Assembly: GCA_008369845.1 (NCBI GenBank)
Contig: MRSU01001520.1
Span: 1 to 49,912 of the forward strand
Source: Trichomonas gallinae
Lineage: Eukaryota
Length of the DNA: 49,912 bases
Direction: 5' to 3'
The notes under the pieces were generated by a model, which saw nothing but the letters and a program-made list of their open reading frames with translations, did not search any database and was not told where the DNA came from. Below are positions 18,864 through 29,286 of the stretch, piece by piece. Made by a program: the position numbers and the translations under genes. The number at the start of each line of letters is the position of its first letter. Position 1 is the first letter of the stretch.

Positions 18864-20798
18864 ATGTGCGGTAAAACGGATTCGAGAGTCAAAAGTGATG
18901 GTCAAAATGATGGCAATATGCAGTGTCAACAGGGAAAACCAAATGCCGATTCAGAACCAGCTGAGCAAAAACCAATACCAGAAAATAAGGAATTCTTAGA
19001 AATAGAACAATGTACTGAACAGCCAAATGACGAATCAAACCATGTACAGTCCAAAGAGAATGGAAATGTAAATGATAAATATAAAGAAGAAGACGATAAA
19101 AATAAACCAGAAGATTCTAATCAAGAAACTGAACGTCAACAAGAAAAGCATGAATCAGCTCCAGTTAGTTACGAATCAAATGAAGAGAAGAAAGAAAAGA
19201 GCCATGAACAAGAAGATCCTAAACAAGATGTAAATCAGAAAGAACAAACTAATGAATTTCAAATAGAGACCAAGAATGATCAAGACAATATTATCTATAA
19301 TAAGCCTATTGGTAAACTCTTTGAATCATATTTCTTTAGCCATCTTCAATCGAGTGATAAGAAATTTCATAGTTTTATGCTTGATATGTGCGCTAATGCA
19401 GATTTCATCCCTTATTTTGACCAAATTCTCGATCATGTTGATGAATGCAAGGCCAGAACGAATACATTTTTTCAAAAATTAATCATGCTGATTGCGGAAA
19501 AGTGCAATAACAAGGAAAAATTGACTGAGTTCATCAAAAATATATTGAACCAATTGCAAAAAGTTGAATCTTCAGACGTTGTGGATCCTGATCCAATTAG
19601 CTCAAGTTTCTTTAAATCCTTTATACTTGTCATCGAAAGTTTCTTCAAGAGATTTGAAATCGAAGATTCAACACGCAAAGAAATTGTCCAAAAGATGATT
19701 GAAATATTATTTAGCTTTAACAACAGAATTGTATTAACAAAAACACCTCTGAATTTTATTAAAAAGCACCTCAACAAAGAAATAGATGCAACTCAAATCA
19801 AGAAATTAATTCCTAAAACTCTTCCTAACATCAACACGCTAAAAGGCTTGATAAACCAGGGCTGTACATGCTATCTTAATTCAGTAATTCAGCAGATTTT
19901 CTACATTCCTGACGTCCAAAATATTCTTTTTACGTATATGAAAGCCGATCGAGACATTTTAGCGCTTCAATATTTAATGCTGAAACTTGCTTTTGGCTCA
20001 GATCAAGCTGTTAAGACAACACGATTTACAGATTATTATAAATTCCAAGATGAAGTTATTGATCCGTATAATCAATGCGATGCTAATGAATTTTTCGGTG
20101 ATATCGCAAATAAACTCTATATGGAGTTTGAAGATGCCAGAGATATCTTCCAATTCAATATTAAAATCGAAAGTCGTAATGCAGAAACAAATGAATTGAT
20201 ATTCACAACGGATGATATGCAATTCTATTTGAATCTTGACCTTAATGGTCCACAGAATGTAGAAGAAAGCTTAGAGAAGCTCAAAGAAAGGAATCAAATT
20301 ACATTTACGTATAATGATAAAGAAATCATGATATATCGCACAAGAACAATCGACACACTTCCTAGATATCTAGCAGTCCACGTTCAAAGATTCCGCATTG
20401 ATCAATATCGTGACTCTCATATAATTAAATCAAAATATGATTTTAATGAGAAGCTTTCCATCAATGGTCATGATTTCGAGCTTTGCGGAGTTATTGTTCA
20501 CACAGGTTCACTTGATGGCGGACACTACTACTCATACAGATTAGTTGGTGGGCAATGGTATAAATTTAATGACTCATCAGTCACAGATGTAAAATATGAT
20601 AAGATGTATCAAGATGCTTCAGGAGAAGGCTATTCACATGCCACGATGTTGTTCTATCGCAACTTGTCATATCCAATCTGTAAACCGAAGATATCCAAGG
20701 CCTTAATTGACAAATATAATATTGATATTCATGCTGTCAACTTAAGCTACAAGATGGATGACGATATCTTAGTCAAACTTAAGGAAATTTTGAATTAA
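18864..20798 (+). CDS. Ubiquitin-specific protease (peptidase C19/USP)
   Basis: Cys box GLINQGCTCYLNSVIQQ, QCDANEF, His box GVIVHTGSLDGGHYYSY, WYKFNDSSV. Start uncertain (ATG at 18804, 18828 or 18864). Confidence 0.9.
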   Translation: MCGKTDSRVKSDGQNDGNMQCQQGKPNADSEPAEQKPIPENKEFLEIEQCTEQPNDESNHVQSKENGNVNDKYKEEDDKNKPEDSNQETERQQEKHESAPVSYESNEEKKEKSHEQEDPKQDVNQKEQTNEFQIETKNDQDNIIYNKPIGKLFESYFFSHLQSSDKKFHSFMLDMCANADFIPYFDQILDHVDECKARTNTFFQKLIMLIAEKCNNKEKLTEFIKNILNQLQKVESSDVVDPDPISSSFFKSFILVIESFFKRFEIEDSTRKEIVQKMIEILFSFNNRIVLTKTPLNFIKKHLNKEIDATQIKKLIPKTLPNINTLKGLINQGCTCYLNSVIQQIFYIPDVQNILFTYMKADRDILALQYLMLKLAFGSDQAVKTTRFTDYYKFQDEVIDPYNQCDANEFFGDIANKLYMEFEDARDIFQFNIKIESRNAETNELIFTTDDMQFYLNLDLNGPQNVEESLEKLKERNQITFTYNDKEIMIYRTRTIDTLPRYLAVHVQRFRIDQYRDSHIIKSKYDFNEKLSINGHDFELCGVIVHTGSLDGGHYYSYRLVGGQWYKFNDSSVTDVKYDKMYQDASGEGYSHATMLFYRNLSYPICKPKISKALIDKYNIDIHAVNLSYKMDDDILVKLKEILN

Positions 20799-21691
20799 AA
20801 ATTTATTTTTTACTTAATTATAACTTATTAAATACATGTATTTTGTCACAACTGTTATCAATTCTGAGATTGAGAAGTCTGAAAGTCAAAGATTTGATAA
20901 ATAAAATCAATTTTTTTTTGTATTTAATCTAAAGATGTATGCGAAACCAGAAAAATAGTGGCAGCCAAATTACCAAAGTATTTATAGCCTGGTCACCTTG
21001 TTTTCTGGTGGTATTTGGAATTTTGATAATTTCTCGTGAAGGTAGCGATTTACCAAATGTATATTACTAACAACAATGTCCTTATTCATTGTCAATAATG
21101 CAAAATCTCTTAAAAACGTGAATTCTAATTTTAGAACTTGTTGATAATAAAGAATAACAAAGCGCGAAGAATATTGATGTATTGATTTTAATCCTTACGT
21201 TATTACGCATTCATAATCCAGCGTGTAGAAAAACATTCTAATTAAGCAAAAGGCTAAATTCAATGGGAACTTAAATAATGCGTCTAAGTATATCTTGAGT
21301 GCGTTGCTCGGCTTCGTGTTAGTAGCACCTATTGCTGAAAATAATATCTATGATGAACTTTGGTATATTTTACGTGTTGGAAATGCCATGTAAAATTGCA
21401 GCGATAAAAAATCAAAAATTGGTTCTTAAGATTCATATAGCATATTCGAAGAAATTCATTACAATCTGCTGATTTATTTGTCCATAAAAACATGTTTTTT
21501 CTTCAATTTTTGAAAAGAATTTCTAAAAATCAAGAAAAAAAGCTACAAATCACCTTAGTACAACTTTGATTTTTTAGAACCCTATGTTGATAAAAACACT
21601 TGTATGCCTTCAAAATGATTTTTTTTTTGAAAAATTATAACATTTTATAAAAAATTGTTTATTTTTTGATTTGAACTGACATCATTTTTCG

Positions 21692-22123
21692 ATGAATCCT
21701 TATATTTTTAACACAATACTCACAATTGTGCAGTTTCCAGCTGCCTTTGTATGCACAATATGGTATGCGACAAAGAAAAACAAGTTAAACTTCCACATTT
21801 ACATGATCTATTGGCTAATCATTTCGATTTATATATTGTTTCGACTTTACTTTCATTTGTCCTACACGCTAACATCATTATTTTTACATACTATGTTTTA
21901 CACTTGGCTCCAATTACCATTTTACAATGGAACTGCGATTATCTATAATTTATTTTGTTTGATGTTTGGATGGAAACGACTTCCAATCGGTAACAATTAC
22001 TATATATCACCTATTCTTAATGATACGCTTAAAATGTACAAAAGATGTTTTAGCGCGTTACCTCATCCGAAATATTCCGAAGATAGTAGCCCATCATCTG
22101 AACCATCTGGTCCTGATAATTAA
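21692..22123 (+). CDS. TB2/DP1/HVA22 (REEP/Yop1-like) membrane protein, divergent
   Basis: YW...F..WLQLP..NGTAIIY..F pattern typical of HVA22/REEP; Inr TCATTT at 21682-21687. Confidence 0.65.
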   Translation: MNPYIFNTILTIVQFPAAFVCTIWYATKKNKLNFHIYMIYWLIISIYILFRLYFHLSYTLTSLFLHTMFYTWLQLPFYNGTAIIYNLFCLMFGWKRLPIGNNYYISPILNDTLKMYKRCFSALPHPKYSEDSSPSSEPSGPDN

Positions 22124-22744
22124 TGTTTTTTTTACAAACAATTCATTTTCAAAAAATTCAGATATTTTAATGTTATTCATCAAATAACGAATAATACCTC
22201 ACAACTAGCACTGTACATGTTTATTTTTCCATATCTTGGAAAACTCGTTATATTTTTATTTCAGATTACATATTCTCACTGTAAAACAAGATTGAGACTC
22301 TCACAATTCATATCAAGTAGATAAAGTATAAACATTACTTCATGTTTTATTCGCTGATTTCATATAATTCACATTTGATAAAAAAATTTACGAGTTTGGT
22401 CACCGATTTAACTGGCTATTTTCATATTTCTAGTCCTACATGTTATATATATCTCATTAAAATAGACCAAAAGCTAGTTTGATAAATCCTTCGATAATTT
22501 TGGCCAAAAATTTTAAATTGTAAATTTGTTTTTCGACATAAAATGATTTTAGAATAAAAAATATTCGAAAAATAAACAGAAAAGTGTCATCAAAAATATT
22601 TGTACGACCAAATAGCGTTCAAAAGAGAAAATCATCCTAGAAGACTCCACCAAGGCTGAAAAAGATAAAGAAATGAACAATAATTTTTGGAAGTGAAATG
22701 AAATTTGAGAGAATTGAAAATTGACACTTCACTTCGGATTAAAC

Positions 22745-23113
22745 ATGTCTTGGAACGATCAACTTGTTGGACTTAAGACACAGTCTTCTGGCTGCGCAAT
22801 CATCACACAGCAGGGTGCTCTTTGCGCTAAGGAAGGCAAGTGGAACGCCACACAGGACGAAATGCTCAAGTACACAACATACTTCGCTGAACCATCCCCA
22901 GCTCTTTCTGGTTTCTACTATGGTGGCCAGAAATTCATCTGCAACAACGCTAACTCCGAAATGGTTTTCGCTATGAAGGGATCCCAGGCTGTTGTCCTTC
23001 AGAAGACAAAGACACTCATCGTTGCTGGCTACACAGATTCCCAGTTCCACCCAGCTGCTCTTTCTGGCGCTGTTGCTAAGGTTGCCAACTACCTTTCTGC
23101 TTCTAACCTCTAA
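22745..23113 (+). CDS. Profilin
   Basis: 122 aa starting MSWN; AII..G, GFYYGGQKF, KTKTLIVAG, V.KVANYL; strong codon bias; Inr TCACTT at 22729-22734; stop inside TAAA. Confidence 0.9.
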   Translation: MSWNDQLVGLKTQSSGCAIITQQGALCAKEGKWNATQDEMLKYTTYFAEPSPALSGFYYGGQKFICNNANSEMVFAMKGSQAVVLQKTKTLIVAGYTDSQFHPAALSGAVAKVANYLSASNL

Positions 23114-23118
23114 AATTA
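23111..23118 (+). promoter_or_regulatory. Trichomonad UAAA polyadenylation signal overlapping the TAA stop (example; also at the stops of the 13554, 16214, 20798 and 23683 genes)
   Basis: TAA stop followed by A and an AATT/U-rich tract, matching the known T. vaginalis 3'-end architecture. Confidence 0.55.
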
Positions 23119-23682
23119 TTCATCCTTTTCAAAATTCTTGATCTTATTGCCTATTAACTCTTTTATTTGAATCAACAAAAAACTTAATTTTTGAATTCAT
23201 TTTATTTTTTAATTTTATGGCCATGCTTTGTCCAATATCATCATTATCAAATTTCTTATCCAAAACATCAACTCTATTAGTCGAACTCCAAGTTGATATT
23301 TTTTTTTATAATAGGAATTTGCTTTAACAGTGAATTTTCCTTATTCGCAATGATCCTTAGAAGCCAAATGATTTAGTAAGATGTAACCAAGCCTCTAATT
23401 TTAAGATATTTTTATTGATATGGAATCATCAAAAATTTGATGCACTATTGTTCTCAATTGCAGTAGATAAGATGAAATATTGACTATTTTATTAATTTTG
23501 AAACGATTTTTTTTTATCATATTTTGATTTGTTGGACAAGTGTAAATTATTAGATAGATCCAAAACACCTTTCTGCTACTTGATAAAGGTATAAATTTGC
23601 ATTTTTAAAATCATTAAATTTGAAAAACATCGTAATAATTGAATATTAAGTAGATCATCTATGTATTCATATATGATAGAAT

Positions 23683-24570
23683 TTATTCATAATCAGAACC
23701 TTTGAGTTCCTCGCATTCCGCATTAATTTGTGTAACAAGCTCTGGTATATTAGCAATAGACTGGACAATATAGTTAGGGCGCTCTTCAACTGGAACAGAC
23801 ATGGCATCTTCGCGGGTAGTAATGCCGGTAAGGACAAGGCAGCCGCGAGAACCAATATTCTTTGAAAACATAATATCTGTATTAAGTCTATCACCAACCA
23901 TGAGTGTTTCTCCAACATCTAAGCCACGAACTGTGTGCAATGGCTCGAACATTAAAGGAGATGGCTTACCGAGAACGATTGCCTTTCTACCAGATGAGTT
24001 CTCGAGTGCAAGAATGTTCGGGAAAGCGTCAGGCACGAATACACCGTTACCAAGTGGTAATGCATTATCACAATTTGTTCCGATAAGCATTGCATCGTTT
24101 TCTACAATAACACGGTTACCAATAGCGAGTTTGCGATATGTAAGAGTCATGTCTAAAGCAACAACACAAGCGAGAATTGCAGGATCGAGTTTCAGCTCTT
24201 CGATGTTGTCGTCTGGGAGGTCATCAACACCAATAGCATTGATTCCGTTATCTCTCATTTCCTGAATCAGTCCTTTTTCTCCAACAACGAATACTTTTCG
24301 CTTCTGATTCTTGAATCCCTTAGATAAAAGGAACTGTGCAGTTACGTAGCCAGCCGAGACAATCATATCCTTTGTGATATTTTTGAATCCCCTTCCAATC
24401 ATTTTGTCTGCGATTGCTTGTCTTGTGTGCGTTGGATTATTAGTGACAACGAAGACATTTAAGCCCATATCTCTCAACTTCTGTATTGTATCAGGGGCAG
24501 CTGGAATCGTCTTTCCGCCAACCCAAAGAACGCCGTCAGCGTCGAATAGTACGTTCTTTATAGGACGCAT
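23683..24570 (-). CDS. HAD-IIA hydrolase (phosphoglycolate / pyridoxal phosphate / 4-nitrophenyl phosphatase, NagD-like)
   Basis: Motif I DADGVLW, motif II VTNN, GKPSP, MVGDRLNTDI, LVLTG. Confidence 0.93.
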   Translation of the reverse strand: MRPIKNVLFDADGVLWVGGKTIPAAPDTIQKLRDMGLNVFVVTNNPTHTRQAIADKMIGRGFKNITKDMIVSAGYVTAQFLLSKGFKNQKRKVFVVGEKGLIQEMRDNGINAIGVDDLPDDNIEELKLDPAILACVVALDMTLTYRKLAIGNRVIVENDAMLIGTNCDNALPLGNGVFVPDAFPNILALENSSGRKAIVLGKPSPLMFEPLHTVRGLDVGETLMVGDRLNTDIMFSKNIGSRGCLVLTGITTREDAMSVPVEERPNYIVQSIANIPELVTQINAECEELKGSDYE

Positions 24571-25872
24571 TTTGATTAAATTTTTATTTCAATGACTTCC
24601 TACAAAATTTTGTGGGATGAATGACCGCCCATCATTTTTAGCTCCAGCAAGGACTATACCAAAGATTATGGGTTTTATGTCTCAAAAAAATTGAATAATG
24701 ATCGACCATGTAATGTTATCAAAATCATTTTTATTCTTTCTATAGCTGATTTGATACTTATATATATATATTATATTTCACTTTTATTTTTAATTATGTC
24801 GAAATAATTAAAATATCAATTCTCCATACAATAAATCAACCTAAAATCACAAATTCTCCATTTTTTTAAAAATTCTCCATTTTTAAAATTTTATTTGATT
24901 TTAATATTAGATATTATATATAGATTAATAATTCATGATTAAATTTGGTTTTACATCGATTTTAATTTAAAATTTTACCTTTTAACGATGATATGAAATC
25001 TATCTCATACATTGATATTATTCTTTAGAAAATTAAAAAATTTTAAACGATTAAAATATTTTATTGAAAACTGTGACTTGTTGCATTTCATATTCTATAG
25101 AGGTGTATATTCGTTTTATGCAAAAATTTTTGATGTTGGATAACAAATCGATAAATATTCCGCAATTTCTCCTTTGTATTCGTCCTTGTTGAGTTGTTCG
25201 CAATGCTAAATGTAGGCAGACAAAACACAAATATGCATTATTGAACCATGAGGCACAATAAGGAAATTTTGTCGACTTTTTTTCGAAATTTTGATTACAA
25301 ACAAGACTGTTAAGATTCGCGGATAACAGATCCAATTAGAATATGTTTAATGTAAGCTTTTATTTTATCGTTCAGATTCGTTTTGTGAAGCAGTTTTATT
25401 ATTGTTGATATTCGTATTACCTTATCAGAGAAAGATTATCGCTAAACCCATGCTACCTTAACAAAGCAATCACACAAACAGGCACAATTGTTACAATTTC
25501 CGATTTTATTTTCAAGATCTATCAAATTTGAAATAAAACCTAATTTTAATACAATAACTTTATTCAATTAACATAGACAAATTAGATTACTAAGGCACAA
25601 ATTCCATTTCTACGATTTTTTCCCCAAATTTTAACATTTATTCTTATATTTAAAATTCGATCAAAGTTATATTAGACATAACTATATAATACCAATTGCA
25701 GAATGTGAAGCCACAAAATCAATAATATAATTTTGATGTTTTATAAAATGAATAAAATCCATTTCATTTTAGTTTTTTCTATTTATCTGGTACCAAATAA
25801 ATTAAATGTATAAAAGTTATGCCTTAGATTTTAGTTGAATGAATTTTTGCGCACGTTTGGAATTTAGTCGAA

Positions 25873-28314
25873 ATGAATGGGAGCTTCATTGAGATTGATG
25901 ATCCAGCGAACACATATGTTCCTAGTCAGTCCGAAATAGAAGAATTCGCACGATGGCTTGGCGCTGAACTCCCAAGAGACAAATCTTTATTATGGATTGC
26001 AAAAGAAGCATTGACTGCACAAATTCCTCCACCGTGGAAATATTACCAAAGGAAAGATGGTACAGGGGAGCCGTTTTATTTTAATCCTTTAACAGGAGAA
26101 TCAATATGGGATCATCCGTTAGATCGTCAATACAAACAATTGTTCCTAGAAGAACAAAAGAAACTACTAGCTGGATTGAATCCACCTTCAGCAATGAAGA
26201 ATTCATCAAATCAAAAATCAAATATTCCAAAAGCGAAAACTACAGACGATTTTGATATTCCTAAAGCACAACTTACACTTCCTAAACCAACTGAAAAGCT
26301 AAATCTACCTCAACCACAATCACCAACCGAAAAAGAAAAAGAAAATATCGACGTACAAGAGAGCAAATCTAGGCTTAAAGAGATTTTTCACGATGATCTT
26401 GAAGAAATGATCAGTAATCATGAAGAAGAAATGCAACAAATGAAAGAAGACTTCGAAAGAAGAACACAAATAATGAAAAACAAACTACAAACTGAATTCG
26501 AAACGAAAATGAAGCAAGAGAAAGCGAAATACGACATAGAAATAGAGAAAGTACAAAAAGCAAATCAAGAGGAATTAACTCTATTGCAGCATCAGCAAAT
26601 GATTGGCAAGAAAGAAACTTTTAAAGCGCAAATGGATGCTTTAGAAAAAAGCAATGATTTCGAATTGGAAAAGAAGAAACTCGAATTACAAGCAAAAATA
26701 ACACAGCTAGAATCAGAAAATATGACTCAAATAGCACAAATTAAAATTGTCCACCAACAAGAAATAACAGAAGTTCTCACATCGCATCAAGCGCAACTTG
26801 CTAAACTAAAATCAAAGTTAACTCGCGAAATCGAAGTCATGCGAAGAAAAGCACGCGCAAAGATGGATGCGATCAAGGAATCAAAAGAAATAGAATTCCT
26901 ACAAGAAGAGCTTGAAATGAAGAAGAAAGAACTCCAAAATAAACATGAAGCAGAAATCAAAAGGATGACGAAAAATCATGAAAATCAAAAGAAGCTTCTC
27001 CAAGAAAAATTTAACGGAGAAATGAATGATCTGCAAACTTACCAGAGAATGTCACCATTTAAAGAAGATAATATAATGAAGCAGATCAAATCTGAGCTTG
27101 ATGATGACAAATCTCTTAGAATAACATTGGACGCCAAGAAAGCAAAGATTCTCAAACAATTCAAGAATGAAATTGATGAACTCAAAGAAAACCATGAAGA
27201 AGAGCTTCAACAATTGCAAGTGCAGCATTCAAGACTTGTACAGTCATTAAAGTCTGAAATGGAAGATCTTAAGAGTGAAAATGAAAAAGAAAAGTTTGAA
27301 ATGAAAGACAAGTATAAGAATGATGTCCAAAAGGTTAGAGAAGAATGCGATCTCCAAATTATGCAGCTGAGAGAAGAATTGCTTACAAGGAAACAACAAG
27401 AAAAGGCCCAATTCGCTCATGATATGCAATTAATGCTGACACAACTCGAGAATGAGAAGATGAGAACGGAACAGCAAAAACGCGCTGAAATTGATGAAAT
27501 AAGAAAGAGATCAGTTTCTTTCCAGCCTGAAAGAATCTACATAAAAGAAGGGAGAAAGATTCCTTTCTTATCAATTACATATCAACCAGACATCAAAATC
27601 TCACCAAAAGCATCTCGCGTTAAACAAACATTCACATCAAAGAATGAAACGAGATGCTCATTTTCTTCGCAAAAAGTATTCTCTCTCCGTCCTAAAGAAA
27701 ATCCAAGTAGTTTCGAGTCACCAAAAGATTCTTCGAAAGATACTTCAAAAGAAATCCGCAAATCTCAATATATCGAACAAAGAGAGCCAGAACCACAAAC
27801 ATTTTCAGTATATCGCGGTGATAAACTTGCAAAACAGAAGAAAACTCTTTCGAAGTATGATGATCAGTTCAGCAGCATTTGCAACTCGTTTGACAGCTCA
27901 ATCAATCAGTTGAAGAATGAAGCAGATACCATATCATCATCTTACCAAGAGTTAATTTCAGCACAGACAAGGGCGATGTCAGCAGCATCAGCAGAATTCA
28001 ACAGAAGCACTCAGATATTGCAGATGACATTGAGAAACACTTTGTCATCTATTGACAGCCAATTCTCGATGCTGAGCTCAAAGACTCCAATCCGATATAT
28101 AGCACCTGCTCCTCCTCAAGTTCCAATAGAAGAAAGCGAATCATTCTCGAGATCATCATTCATTTTCCAAGGAAGAGGAAGGAAAGATGAAAACGTTGAT
28201 GAAAATTACAGCGAGGTTTCAGATTTATCTATGGTTGTTGGCCATGATTCTGCGAAACTCTTAAGAAAGTGGAGACAACAACGAAAGAAACGCGATGTTA
28301 AGAGAATCAAATAA
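25873..28314 (+). CDS. WW-domain coiled-coil protein, CEP164-like basal body protein
   Basis: PSQSEIEEFARWLG...LLWIAKEALTAQIPPPW...GEPFYFNPLTGESIWDHPLD matches the CEP164 N-terminal/WW region, followed by a long coiled coil. Confidence 0.8.
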   Translation: MNGSFIEIDDPANTYVPSQSEIEEFARWLGAELPRDKSLLWIAKEALTAQIPPPWKYYQRKDGTGEPFYFNPLTGESIWDHPLDRQYKQLFLEEQKKLLAGLNPPSAMKNSSNQKSNIPKAKTTDDFDIPKAQLTLPKPTEKLNLPQPQSPTEKEKENIDVQESKSRLKEIFHDDLEEMISNHEEEMQQMKEDFERRTQIMKNKLQTEFETKMKQEKAKYDIEIEKVQKANQEELTLLQHQQMIGKKETFKAQMDALEKSNDFELEKKKLELQAKITQLESENMTQIAQIKIVHQQEITEVLTSHQAQLAKLKSKLTREIEVMRRKARAKMDAIKESKEIEFLQEELEMKKKELQNKHEAEIKRMTKNHENQKKLLQEKFNGEMNDLQTYQRMSPFKEDNIMKQIKSELDDDKSLRITLDAKKAKILKQFKNEIDELKENHEEELQQLQVQHSRLVQSLKSEMEDLKSENEKEKFEMKDKYKNDVQKVREECDLQIMQLREELLTRKQQEKAQFAHDMQLMLTQLENEKMRTEQQKRAEIDEIRKRSVSFQPERIYIKEGRKIPFLSITYQPDIKISPKASRVKQTFTSKNETRCSFSSQKVFSLRPKENPSSFESPKDSSKDTSKEIRKSQYIEQREPEPQTFSVYRGDKLAKQKKTLSKYDDQFSSICNSFDSSINQLKNEADTISSSYQELISAQTRAMSAASAEFNRSTQILQMTLRNTLSSIDSQFSMLSSKTPIRYIAPAPPQVPIEESESFSRSSFIFQGRGRKDENVDENYSEVSDLSMVVGHDSAKLLRKWRQQRKKRDVKRIK

Positions 28315-28452
28315 TTTTTGTTTATTTTTGTTATTAATATAAAATTTATGTCAAGTAAATTTAATTTTTGTCATGTAATATTAAATATTGTCAAATAAAA
28401 CAAATATGCTATGTAAATTTAATTTTTGCCATGTAAAAATCAGAGTTATTCA

Positions 28453-29052
28453 ATGGATATATTTTCTTTTCTTATAACAATCTTTGAATGCGTCATTGCT
28501 GTTATTTTCATCATTATCATCTTCATGGTCTTCGTTTTCTACTTCGCACAGTTTGCTGAAGAAAAAATGAACAAGATGAAGAAATATTTATTGTATTTAA
28601 CATATTTCATATGCGGATTATCATTTATGCTCATGTTTTCAGGCTTCGAATGGTACGTATTCATACCAGCACTAGTTACAAACCTCCTCTGGCTTTACAT
28701 TCAATACGATGGTTTTCCACTCATCTCCTTGAACAGTCCGGTACTCGTTGTTGCATTCATCATGACAATTGTAAGCCATTTCTTCTTCATGCTTCATTTC
28801 TTAGGCGACGAAGATACATCGTTTTGGAGAATCATGTGCTACTTCATATTAATCGTCTGGCTACTGCCGATATTAGTACTCTCATCACTCTGCGCAGTTG
28901 ATGAAGATCAAGTTGGCCAGCCAGAAGAGAAGAAATCGCCTTCTCAGCCAAGTAATCAACCAGCAAGCAAGAGTGTCTTTAGCAAGATGATCAGTAGACT
29001 TCTTAAGAAGGCAGAAACATCTTTACCACACTCTGGTAACAAAGATGACTAA
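28453..29052 (+). CDS. TEX261/Svp26 (Erv26)-like multipass ER-Golgi cargo adaptor
   Basis: FYFAQFAEE, FPLISLNSP, SHFFF, YFILIVWLLP...SL pattern; several TM helices. ATG at 28453; the track start is TTG. Confidence 0.7.
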   Translation: MDIFSFLITIFECVIAVIFIIIIFMVFVFYFAQFAEEKMNKMKKYLLYLTYFICGLSFMLMFSGFEWYVFIPALVTNLLWLYIQYDGFPLISLNSPVLVVAFIMTIVSHFFFMLHFLGDEDTSFWRIMCYFILIVWLLPILVLSSLCAVDEDQVGQPEEKKSPSQPSNQPASKSVFSKMISRLLKKAETSLPHSGNKDD

Positions 29053-29286
29053 TTTTATTTTGTTCATATTTTATAATTCAACATTTTGTTTCGAAATATA
29101 TTTAAATACTACTCATTGACTGTAAAAATCTTATATTGATATAATATCAACCAAATTTTAAAGGTATTTTGAAAAATATTTTTATTTATCAATAAAAAAC
29201 AAATACTGAGATTAGATGATAATAAAAAATCTAGTTTTAATTGATTAGTATAGTGATGGAAAGAATAAAACTCTATTTACATCAAA

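Noticed and set aside
25051..25500. 94-aa minus-strand ORF and a slightly GC-richer stretch
   Set aside because: Non-ATG start, no recognisable motif and stops in the other frames; possibly a decayed gene but unsupported.
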